DNA from: an uncultured Lentisphaeria bacterium
GTDB lineage: Bacteria > Verrucomicrobiota > Lentisphaeria > JABSQK01 > JAJFLO01
NCBI GenBank assembly: GCA_951812855.1
Contig: OX638337.1
Location: 540,001 to 572,000, forward strand
Reading direction: 5' to 3'
DNA: 32,000 nt
In this document: one piece after another, positions 7,505 to 16,167 of the stretch
How positions within the stretch are numbered: position 1 is the stretch's first letter
Layout of the letters: every line of letters begins with the position of its first letter
Notes under the pieces: model-generated
What the model saw: the letters and a program-made list of their open reading frames with translations, nothing else
Told to the model about the DNA's origin: nothing
Databases searched by the model: none
Translations under genes and position numbers: made by a program

Positions 7505-10060
7505 ATGGGTCAAATCATTAAATATGTTTACTCAATTTATGGTGCTGTCATTCTCGTTTTATTATTGGGTTCATACCCATATGCACTGATTCCCCCCGGT
7601 CTGGCTTCAAACTCTTATTATCTTCAGCTGCCATCGTTATTTATCCTTTCGGTTTGTTCGTTGATTCTAATCATGTATACTCGATATAAAATTAATAAAT
7701 CAACTGCAACCTGCATAATTTTTTATTGTATTTTCATTATCCTAAATCTTTTATTTAAGTCAAACCATTTAAAAGAGGCCGTTGAGTTTTTAGGATATTT
7801 CACAATCCCTTTTGCTTTTGCTCTTTATTTACAATCTAAGAATAAAACTATATATATTATTTGTATTCCGGCAACGCTGCTCTTTTCGTTACTCTTGTTA
7901 TATGGTTTTATTAATCATTTACTCGGACAAGAAATTATAGGCATAACCGGTAACAGGAATTGGATGGCCACTGCCTTAATTTCACTCTGCCCCTGGGCAA
8001 TATATCTTATGAAACGGTTGTTGACCGGAATCGTTAAGAATGATCGGTACAGCAAAATACTGCCAGTAATGATCATTCTTCCACCAACTCTGTTTCTTGT
8101 TTACCATTGCCACAGCCGTGCGGCATGGTTTTCTCTTGCCATGTTTATCATGCTTATGACGATATATTCAATTAAAAAATTGATCACTCGCATTGTTTTT
8201 TGCTTATGTATAGCAGGAACATGTATTGTTTTTACAATTTCCAATTCGAATCTGTTTATTAATGCGTTCTTAAATGATATCCGAATTCCTACCTGGGTTT
8301 CAACCGTCAAATTAATCTGTGATTCCCCCTGGACAGGTACAGGGGCAGGTAATTACGTAAAAAATCACACGCCGTACCGAGCGAAATCCGAATATCATCG
8401 ACGAGGCGTCGCAACAAGTCTGACAACACACCCTCATAATGAATTTTTAAATATAGCTGCCAATCTGGGAATACCTGCTGCTTTGCTTTGGTTATCCATG
8501 CTTTTCCCGTTGATCATGAATCAGCGTAAAAACCAGTCTATAGATCGAATGAGCCGATTTACCGCATTCATGATCTTTGGGCATTCAATGTTGGATAAAA
8601 CATTAATTCAAAGCCCAACGAGCATTATTGCGTTATGTACACTCGGTGTATTATGGGTTCCCTATATCCGCAGGGAATCGAAGCAACCCGCCTTATTAAC
8701 AAATTCACCGGGGCGTTGCTTAACCTATAGTTTCACAATTCTATTGATAATTACTGTTACAGATTCAGTGATAAAACAGGTTCGCGTTGGACATTCCATG
8801 AGACAAGCTGTTATTTTCAAGTCAACAAAAGACTATGACAACGCTTACGAATCATATAAAAATGTCATTGAGATTGATCCTGAAAATATTAAAGGTCACT
8901 ATGGTGCAGGCACCCTTGCTGTTCAAAAATTACTAATACCAAATACTGCTGTTTCACATTTATTAAACGCACATGCAATTGATCCTGACTATGCACATTT
9001 AAATAGGTTATTAGGTAAGGCATATGGAACTCTTAATCGCCATACACAGGCACTGCATTACTTTGAAAAAGAATGTCGCTTATTTCCAGCAGATACAGCT
9101 GCTTTCCAAAATTATTTTATCGCCCTTTACAAAAACGGGAACATTGAAGCACTGGCGGCTGTTATCGACTATTTAAATCGATTATACAAGAAGAATACAG
9201 GACATAAACTATCACAGAGTGAGGGGATAAAATATACAAACCAATGGATTCAGGCTATAAGAAGTTCGGATATTAAGACAGCGATTAAATGTGCAAATAA
9301 ACTAACATCCCCGCTTCCTATTCGATTTGTCGATCCTTTATTTTCACAGATTGAAGAGTCTTCCGGATTTAATCCGGAATTTGTGTATGACACCTTTAAT
9401 CGTCACGATTTCACCTATTGGAGAGAAATTCTAATCCGCAGAGATTTAATCAATAATTTAAAATTAAATCGCATTAACAATGACAATGAATTTTCAATCG
9501 TTAAACGTTTAATTAAATTCATTCTAACAAAGCGGAATATCACAAATGGTACAACTTTAAAATCAATTTACCCATCCGAAATTCTTCAGTTAAACCGGAT
9601 TGATATTGAGTCATTTTATTTTGTATTATCATGGTTCGGTGAAGAATTAGGTGTAGAAACGTTTCTTTACCCATCGCTTAGACAGCCTGACAATTATTCT
9701 GTCTATATAAAAGGCAGAAAAGATTGGTATGTGATCGAGTTCAGTGATTCCGGCAGTGATTTCGATTATGTGATTAAACGCACTAATGGCAATGAGTTAA
9801 TTTTTCAAGACTCCGGCTCCTCAACCCGCATCAGTCTATTCTTAATGCCACAATCATTTCTACTCAAAAATCAGATACTCGCGGTCAACCTAAACCACTA
9901 TCTGGAAGGAAATTACCTTAATTTCAATAAAGTACCAACAATGGAATTAATCAAAATAAGTAAATTTTTTCATACCCACAGAGGTCATGTCAACATTAGT
10001 AAGATTCCGATTAAATACCCATTTGTCTATTTAAGTAAACAGCAGACAAAACTAAATTAG
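7505..10060 (+). CDS. Large membrane protein: O-antigen ligase-like (Wzy_C) domain + TPR repeats + about 280-aa C-terminal domain of unknown function (paralog 1)
   Basis: Polytopic N-terminal half with TTHPHNEFLNIAANLGIPAAL and GTGAGNY, hallmarks of the O-antigen ligase family. TPR-like repeats span roughly aa 450-580. The C-terminus is unassigned. The track start is 7469; I prefer the ATG at 7505 (MGQIIKY...) because GGGGGA lies 9 nt upstream and it gives the same N-terminal length as the paralog at 11049. Confidence 0.85.
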   Translation: MGQIIKYVYSIYGAVILVLLLGSYPYALIPPGLASNSYYLQLPSLFILSVCSLILIMYTRYKINKSTATCIIFYCIFIILNLLFKSNHLKEAVEFLGYFTIPFAFALYLQSKNKTIYIICIPATLLFSLLLLYGFINHLLGQEIIGITGNRNWMATALISLCPWAIYLMKRLLTGIVKNDRYSKILPVMIILPPTLFLVYHCHSRAAWFSLAMFIMLMTIYSIKKLITRIVFCLCIAGTCIVFTISNSNLFINAFLNDIRIPTWVSTVKLICDSPWTGTGAGNYVKNHTPYRAKSEYHRRGVATSLTTHPHNEFLNIAANLGIPAALLWLSMLFPLIMNQRKNQSIDRMSRFTAFMIFGHSMLDKTLIQSPTSIIALCTLGVLWVPYIRRESKQPALLTNSPGRCLTYSFTILLIITVTDSVIKQVRVGHSMRQAVIFKSTKDYDNAYESYKNVIEIDPENIKGHYGAGTLAVQKLLIPNTAVSHLLNAHAIDPDYAHLNRLLGKAYGTLNRHTQALHYFEKECRLFPADTAAFQNYFIALYKNGNIEALAAVIDYLNRLYKKNTGHKLSQSEGIKYTNQWIQAIRSSDIKTAIKCANKLTSPLPIRFVDPLFSQIEESSGFNPEFVYDTFNRHDFTYWREILIRRDLINNLKLNRINNDNEFSIVKRLIKFILTKRNITNGTTLKSIYPSEILQLNRIDIESFYFVLSWFGEELGVETFLYPSLRQPDNYSVYIKGRKDWYVIEFSDSGSDFDYVIKRTNGNELIFQDSGSSTRISLFLMPQSFLLKNQILAVNLNHYLEGNYLNFNKVPTMELIKISKFFHTHRGHVNISKIPIKYPFVYLSKQQTKLN

Positions 10061-10151
10061 ATACTAAGAGCTTCTTACTAAAAATTTGTAGTATTTTAAT
10101 CTATAGATTTAACAATGTAAAAAGGGAGCAAAATGGTCACATTTCATATGA

Positions 10152-10307
10152 CATTCTGCTGAAAATAAACGTCCGGGAACCAAGGCATGGTCTCAGCTTG
10201 AATCATTAACTAAAACAGAACTGATATTGCCGGCCAGAAAAAATGTTCGGCGTACGTTGGAAGCCGGAGTCACGACAGTTCATGATTTGGTTATCCCGGC
10301 ATTTTAA
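10152..10307 (+). pseudogene. Short remnant of an amidohydrolase-family gene (tentative)
   Basis: My translation is HSAENKRPGTKAWSQLESLTKTELILPARKNVRRTLEAGVTTVHDLVIPAF*. The ...A..N....LeaGvTTv.Dl stretch resembles the region after the first metal-binding HxH of amidohydrolases. An upstream mini-frame, MVTFHMTFC*, may be the decayed HxH. Only about 60 codons are left. Confidence 0.3.
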
Positions 10308-10313
10308 TATAAT

Positions 10314-10763
10314 TTATGGAAGCATTACCGAACGTTCCTCCTCTTTCGGAATTCTGCAAGCCTGCACCGTTCCAAATAGTCGATACCGATGTTTTGCAAT
10401 GAACTCATAAACCGAGTCCCTTACCGATTCAGGAATATAGACAAAAATTTTAGCAACGCTAAAAATACCACCGAGTCTAATTAAAATATTGATCACCGCT
10501 TCAGATTTGTACGATTTCCCCATTTCATCCCTATAAGAAACAGTCCAGTTATCCGGATTGCTCTGTTTAGGATCTATATCATATTCTCTTGCCGTTTCCC
10601 CCTGAAGCTGTGCATAATGGAATGTTTGCTTATCATCAATCTTTAAGAGAATATCGACAAATCTATTACAGCATCCACATACTCCATCGTAAAAAACAAT
10701 GGGATGAAACTCGTCTTTATCATCATTTTTATTCGGATTATTCAATGTACTTTCATCCCTCAC
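10314..10763 (-). CDS. DCC-family thiol-disulfide oxidoreductase (DUF393)
   Basis: 149 aa. The FYDGVCGCCNRFVDILLKID motif (DGxCxxC) and the overall size fit the family. Confidence 0.8.
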   Translation of the reverse strand: MRDESTLNNPNKNDDKDEFHPIVFYDGVCGCCNRFVDILLKIDDKQTFHYAQLQGETAREYDIDPKQSNPDNWTVSYRDEMGKSYKSEAVINILIRLGGIFSVAKIFVYIPESVRDSVYEFIAKHRYRLFGTVQACRIPKEEERSVMLP

Positions 10764-11048
10764 TTTACAAATAGAGATATATTAAAAGGTATAATTCCCT
10801 GTGTCAGGGGCTGTTTAATTGATGGTTTATAAGTCGTAAAAAAGATGAACAAATTTTTAAACGCATCTAACACCTGTAAAAACTTACCCTATTTTCATAT
10901 TAACCAAATGCCAAATATAAAAGTAATAGAACGTTTGCAATTAGGTTCCGGACAGTTTAGCAAAGTGTCTGTCTATAATGACTATTGAATAACAAGAGTA
11001 TCTACCAGGAGGAGCATCTTTCATCCAAATTCCTGAAAAGATTAAATT

Positions 11049-13751
11049 GTGACAAATAACGCTTCTAAAAAATTAGCGATTACCTATCTGATATGTTTTG
11101 CTGTTCTGTTATTTGGTACTTATCCGCTTGCCATTATACCCCCCGGATTTGTTTCATTGTTATTCCACATCAGTATCCCATCAACATTTATTTTAACTTT
11201 GTTTGCAATTCCAATCATACTACATTCTGATTATTTCCCGACACGCCGGCTTCGATCTGTTTTACTTATTTATCTGACAACACTGGTATTCAATGTAATC
11301 TGGTTTAAAGAATTAAATCAAGGAACGATTCAATGTTTAAGCTATGTAATTATTCCCTGGATCGCAGCTGTTTTAGTAAAGCAAAAGGTTTTTTCCATTA
11401 AACATTTAGTAATCGTCGGAAGCCTTTTATGGTGTTATCATATTTTCCCGGGATTTCGTGCATTCAGTCTTAATGAAGAAATTGTCGGTTTAAGCGGCAA
11501 TCGAAACTGGACGTCATCCCTGTTACTCGCACTGATTCCATGGCCGATATACGCACTGAAACATCTTATTCCAAACGGCATAAAGAGCAAAATCCGACTG
11601 GAGAACACGTACATATTTATGTCTGTTGTTTCCCTATTGATAATATTACCGACACTCTTTTTGGTGTATAAATGTTCAAGCAGGGGTGCCTGGCTGGCAC
11701 TTGTCTTGTTTGGGGTCTTTTATCTCAGCCGGATCATCAATCGTTTCATTACCGCTCAGTCCCCCGGTTCGCAAAAGTATCTAAAATTTGGAATCGGCAT
11801 TTCACTGTTCACTGGTTGTTTTATAATCGTGTATTTGTTTTTTGTCATAATCTCTTCAAATAATATGTATGAAAAGCTCGAACGTTCTGTACGAAGTGAT
11901 GTCCGACTTCCACTTTGGATTAGTTCAGTGCGTATGATGAAAGATAACGACTTGTTTTTATCGTCGCTTTACCGTTTGGTTAAAGGGACTCTCAGACAAG
12001 AGCATCCACCGAAGAATATGTCAGGCGTAGGACCGGGAAATTTTGTTACATCGTTTGCAAAATACCGATCACATTCAACCTATCATTCCCGAATTGTCGC
12101 TGCGCCTGTGACAATCCATCCGCATAATCAATTACTCTATGTATCAACTGAACTCGGCATTCTTGCAGGGATTGCTTTCTGTTTCATGATACGGTCTGTC
12201 TTCAGCTTGAGTTTTACAGATAATAAAATGATCACATTTTGCAGGTACACGGCATTTATAATTATTATTCATTCACTATTCGACCTAAACATGATAAAAC
12301 CCCCGGGGAGTCTAATCGCGTTATTTTGTCTGGGGATATGCTGGCAGAACGACTTCAAATCGGGTTTGAATAATCCAGTAAAGCAAGGCAGCCTCACTGG
12401 ATTAAAAAACACCTGTGCTATGATAATGATTATCCCAATATTCATTGCCTGCCTAATAACAACAATCCGGGATGTTAGAGTTGATTGGCACTTACGGAAG
12501 GGGTATCTGCAGGAAGCGAAAAAAGAATTTAAAGAAGCGTTTAAAACCTATTCCCGGGTTGTCGAATTTGCTCCTCAAAAAATCAGACCTCATTTATATG
12601 GTGCAACGATTGCCATTGACCGATTGAAAAAACCGGAATTGGCCATGCCTTTATTGATGAAAGCCTATGAAATTGACTCAAATTTTGCCCATATAAATCA
12701 AATGTTAGGCAAGACACTCACAATGACAGGTAATTACACCGGGGCACACCTGTTTTTCATTCGTGAATGCAAATTATTCCCACGCTCAGCGAAAGCCTAT
12801 CAAGATTATTTTAATTCACTGACATTTAACGGCGACTTTGAAAGACTCCCAGTCATTGAAGGTCATTTAAGAAAACTATACCTGGAAAGAGTAAATCTGA
12901 GTTTTGATCAACCCGCCTTTCAAAGGCTCTCGAATGATTGGCTGGATGCGATTTTTGAAAACAACCCTGGAAAAGCAATCGATTATGCAGAATTAATATG
13001 TTCAAATCAGTATAAACGGGCATTGGATCCACTATTTCTGAAATATCATAAACGGGTTGATGGTAAAACCTTAAAAATTAAAAATAAATTTATCCAGTTG
13101 GATTATTACTATTGGTACGACATGGTTAATATAAGCACAATAGCTGAAGGCCTAAACGATCAACCGGCTGCTGAGCTGTCTAAAAATAATCCTGACCGGA
13201 ATAGATTTATTTTAAACAGAATCAAGTTTCACTTAGACAATCGAATTAAAATTGAAGATAATCAGAAATTATTTTCATTCCCCTATGAATCCTGGTTAAA
13301 AAAACGATGTAACACGTTATCATATCATTGTTTATTTTTAACACTTGCAAATCACTTTGGATTTCAAGGTCTAATTTTATACGGCGATCATTCGAAAATA
13401 GAAAGTATCATTCTTAAAAATGAATATTGTTATACGATTAGAGCTGATGAAGATAATATCATAGAAATTCCAATGCAGTTATTCATTGAAAACTTATTAA
13501 ATACAGAATGGATGGAACGACAGCACGTTAGACGTTTTATCTACCCACAGCAGCTATGGCTTAAAAATCAAATTCTTGGATCACTGATAAATCATTATAG
13601 TCATCTTAATTTCCCTGACTTTGACAGAATTCCGTTAGTTTCACTAATTAAAGAATTGCCAAAAGACATAGTTAAAAATAGAAAAATTCAACTTAACGAT
13701 TTACAAAACGCTGTACTTTCAGAACCATTTGACAGATTCCCTTATGAATAA
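11049..13751 (+). CDS. Large membrane protein: O-antigen ligase-like (Wzy_C) domain + TPR repeats + about 300-aa C-terminal domain of unknown function (paralog 2)
   Basis: Collinear with 7505-10060:
- YPLAIIPPG vs YPYALIPPG
- EIVGLSGNRNW vs EIIGITGNRNW
- LPTLFLVYKCSSRGAW vs PPTLFLVYHCHSRAAW
- TIHPHNQLLYVSTELGI vs TTHPHNEFLNIAANLGI
- KLFPRSAKAYQDYF vs RLFPADTAAFQNYF
- LWLKNQILGSLINHY vs FLLKNQILAVNLNHY
The GTG start lies directly after an in-frame TAA. Confidence 0.85.
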   Translation: MTNNASKKLAITYLICFAVLLFGTYPLAIIPPGFVSLLFHISIPSTFILTLFAIPIILHSDYFPTRRLRSVLLIYLTTLVFNVIWFKELNQGTIQCLSYVIIPWIAAVLVKQKVFSIKHLVIVGSLLWCYHIFPGFRAFSLNEEIVGLSGNRNWTSSLLLALIPWPIYALKHLIPNGIKSKIRLENTYIFMSVVSLLIILPTLFLVYKCSSRGAWLALVLFGVFYLSRIINRFITAQSPGSQKYLKFGIGISLFTGCFIIVYLFFVIISSNNMYEKLERSVRSDVRLPLWISSVRMMKDNDLFLSSLYRLVKGTLRQEHPPKNMSGVGPGNFVTSFAKYRSHSTYHSRIVAAPVTIHPHNQLLYVSTELGILAGIAFCFMIRSVFSLSFTDNKMITFCRYTAFIIIIHSLFDLNMIKPPGSLIALFCLGICWQNDFKSGLNNPVKQGSLTGLKNTCAMIMIIPIFIACLITTIRDVRVDWHLRKGYLQEAKKEFKEAFKTYSRVVEFAPQKIRPHLYGATIAIDRLKKPELAMPLLMKAYEIDSNFAHINQMLGKTLTMTGNYTGAHLFFIRECKLFPRSAKAYQDYFNSLTFNGDFERLPVIEGHLRKLYLERVNLSFDQPAFQRLSNDWLDAIFENNPGKAIDYAELICSNQYKRALDPLFLKYHKRVDGKTLKIKNKFIQLDYYYWYDMVNISTIAEGLNDQPAAELSKNNPDRNRFILNRIKFHLDNRIKIEDNQKLFSFPYESWLKKRCNTLSYHCLFLTLANHFGFQGLILYGDHSKIESIILKNEYCYTIRADEDNIIEIPMQLFIENLLNTEWMERQHVRRFIYPQQLWLKNQILGSLINHYSHLNFPDFDRIPLVSLIKELPKDIVKNRKIQLNDLQNAVLSEPFDRFPYE

Positions 13752-14652
13752 TACGAATCAACCAGGTAAACTGGACAAAAATTCAATTCCAAACCTGAAT
13801 TTTCCTTTCATAAAACTCCTGCTTAATCTGATGTTTAATCCATCAATTTTCCTATTTCTGCAAAACAAGAAAATTATTCAATCACTGCTCCAGGTAATGT
13901 CGTTCTGTTTGGTTGCCAGCATTCTATTGACGCTAAATGTGATCATTGACTTAAAAAAATCGACAGCATCCTGGGAAAAATGGCTGGAAAACGAAATACA
14001 GGAATTTGGAATCACTCAGGAAAAAACGTTTTATTGGAAAAATCCCACTACCCTTCCGTATCGGACAACGATTGAGGGATTACAAATCGATATTACCCAT
14101 GAATCGATAAACGATAAACCCGACTCCGAATTCAGATACAATAAACATGGAATCTGGATAAACGAAAATTCAATCTATTTCTGGGTCAAAAAGATGTCGG
14201 GATCTGGATGTATGAATGACCAAACCGAGATCATTCACAAACAAGAACTGGGATCATGGTTACTGCAGGCAGCTGAAATGAAAGGTGCTTATATCGTTTC
14301 AAAAGATCGAATCGGGGACATAATGAAAAAAGCCTATATTTGGGCATCATTTTTCTTATTTTGGACAAATTTATTTCAAATCAATATAACTGTAATTTTA
14401 TTTCCATTATGTTCATCTATACTGTCAGTACTGTTTGCCTATTTACTGAAAGAATACCAACAACATCGTTTTGTGCCATTCAGAAAAATATTTGTCCTGA
14501 ATTTGTATTCTGCGATTCCGCCAATACTCATTGCCACAGTCTACTGCCTTTTTGAAATTCCCGGATTGGATTTCTTTTCCATCTTTTTCATCGCGTTCTT
14601 CGGATATCAATTATATATAATGAAAATCTTCCGGAGTTTAATGGTGATGTAA
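13729..14652 (+). CDS. Hypothetical polytopic membrane protein, translationally coupled to paralog 2
   Basis: 307-aa ORF overlapping the end of 11049-13751 by 23 nt (an alternative ATG at 13744 overlaps by 8 nt). It has one N-terminal TM, a roughly 120-aa soluble segment and several C-terminal TM helices. I recognise no motif. Confidence 0.6.
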   Translation: MTDSLMNNTNQPGKLDKNSIPNLNFPFIKLLLNLMFNPSIFLFLQNKKIIQSLLQVMSFCLVASILLTLNVIIDLKKSTASWEKWLENEIQEFGITQEKTFYWKNPTTLPYRTTIEGLQIDITHESINDKPDSEFRYNKHGIWINENSIYFWVKKMSGSGCMNDQTEIIHKQELGSWLLQAAEMKGAYIVSKDRIGDIMKKAYIWASFFLFWTNLFQINITVILFPLCSSILSVLFAYLLKEYQQHRFVPFRKIFVLNLYSAIPPILIATVYCLFEIPGLDFFSIFFIAFFGYQLYIMKIFRSLMVM

Positions 14653-14654
14653 AA

Positions 14655-14818
14655 AATTTTAAAGCGATAGGTTACCTAACCACTGTCAGACTGACATGGC
14701 GGGAAAATTTTTACAAGTGTGCTGACAAAACATCGCATCCACACTGGGCTGCATGGTCACCAATATCCGAATTAAATTTCCATCAACCTAAAGATTACGG
14801 TACAATAGTTTTTGAATA
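14655..14818 (+). pseudogene. Possible C-terminal remnant of a carbohydrate-binding (CBM9-like) protein gene (tentative)
   Basis: My translation is ...KAIGYLTTVRLTWRENFYKCADKTSHPHWAAWSPISELNFHQPKDYGTIVFE*. The ending W..W.......FH.P..(F/Y)G.(I/L).F resembles CBM9-like C-termini. There is no start and no upstream body. Confidence 0.25.
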
Positions 14819-15138
14819 ATTTATATATCTTGCTGGTAAAACGTATTATTCAATAAAAGGAAACTCAATCTTCCAGGTTATATTATTTCAAGCAGACATT
14901 CTATCCAGGCTGCCATTATTGTGTACCTGGAGTATTTTACCCTTTGTGTACTTTCGATTTATAAATGCATAACAATAATATATCCTGCCGGATCAGCAGG
15001 AGTTATTCCATCGTTTATTCTCCAGATATTCAAGTCAAGAATTAACCGGGAATTTATTTCATACTGATTTGGCAGAAAATATAACAGCAAAACTCAAAGG
15101 ACTCGTATTACAATAGCAAAAATCAATACAAAAACATC

Positions 15139-16162
15139 ATGTTTAGTTCAATTTTATATTCATCAATACTCAATACCAAATTTTCTAATAGCTGTCATTA
15201 TCGGTATTACCGGTCAAAAATATGCCTTCTTCTTAGTGATATCAATTCTAATTTTACAACCGATGAGCTTTTCACAAGGTGCAATTCCAAGTCAGGAAGA
15301 AATGTGCCAAATAACTCAACCGCAGCAAAAGGAAATTGAATTACTCAAACAAAAATTAAATATGGTTGAAGATAACATGAGTTCAACCGACCAGAAAGTT
15401 GAAATGATTGCCGATATGCCCACTTCAGGTAAAAGTCCATCCTGGGCAGACAAAACATCAGTCGGTGGATATAGCGAACTACACTTTAATAATCTTGTAA
15501 ATAAAACACGAAATAATGGTGCGGGTGATAGAGACCAGATTGATTTTCATCGATTTGTCTTGCTCTTTGGTTATGAATTTTCAGATCGTATCAGATTTTT
15601 TTCTGAATTTAAATTAGAACATGGCTTGGTCAAAGATAATGATAACGACACCGCCGCCGGAGCCGCAATAACATCACCCGGTGAGGTTGAACTTGAACAG
15701 GCCCGGTATTGAAATAGGTACAACGTTCCATCATCAAAGTGGCCTGACACACGAAACTGCCCTTGGAATTAAAGGAGACAGGCCGAATTCAGCAGATTTG
15801 ATCGAAATTCACACTGTTCTTAAAAAAGGATGTTCGGGTTTCGTGCATTATATGCACGATGGAATATCGATGGACAAGCTGCCTCGGTAACAGGTGCTGA
15901 TGAGCAGTATGGCTGGTACGTCAAACCATCGATCAAACTTAATGAATATATCGGGTTATTTACGCGTTACAGTGTTTGGGACACAACAGCCGGGAAAAAC
16001 ATTGTTGGCACGGGTGCTGGAAAATTTGGTGTCTATGTGTGGGATGCTGCAGGTATAATCATTTTGGTGCTGGCAATATCAGGAATTATTTTGTTTTATT
16101 TCCCCGCCGGATTTAGAGAGTACAAGAAAAAATCGATTAGCTCTGGATCTTCTTCAAAATAA
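15139..16162 (+). pseudogene. Degraded outer-membrane porin-like gene
   Basis: - ORFs 15236-15712 and 15830-16162 share one frame. Three in-frame stops separate them (TGA 15710, TAA 15770, TAA 15821).
- ORF 15681-15890 holds a shifted middle piece.
- The signal-peptide region is split between the 15139 frame and the 15236 frame.
- Porin-like strings are SVGGYSELHFNN, DFHRFVLLFGYEFSDRIRFFSEFKLEHG, VELEQA and YGWYVKPSIKLNEYIGLFTRYSVWD.
- The locus is far shorter than a normal barrel and ends in an unrelated TM tail (GIIILVLAISGIILFYF). Confidence 0.6.
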
Positions 16163-16167
16163 GAGAT

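Noticed and set aside
10797-10812. Short palindrome CCCTGTGTCAGGGG in the divergent intergenic region, and similar small hairpins at 5497-5515 and 14981-14997.
   Set aside because: The stems are 4-5 bp, with no T-run or positional logic (not at gene ends). These are expected by chance.
8101-14555. Internal or antisense ORFs 8101-8310(-), 10589-10774(+), 11672-11863(+) and 14340-14555(+).
   Set aside because: They are nested in or antisense to longer ORFs that carry family motifs or paralog support. They have no independent evidence.
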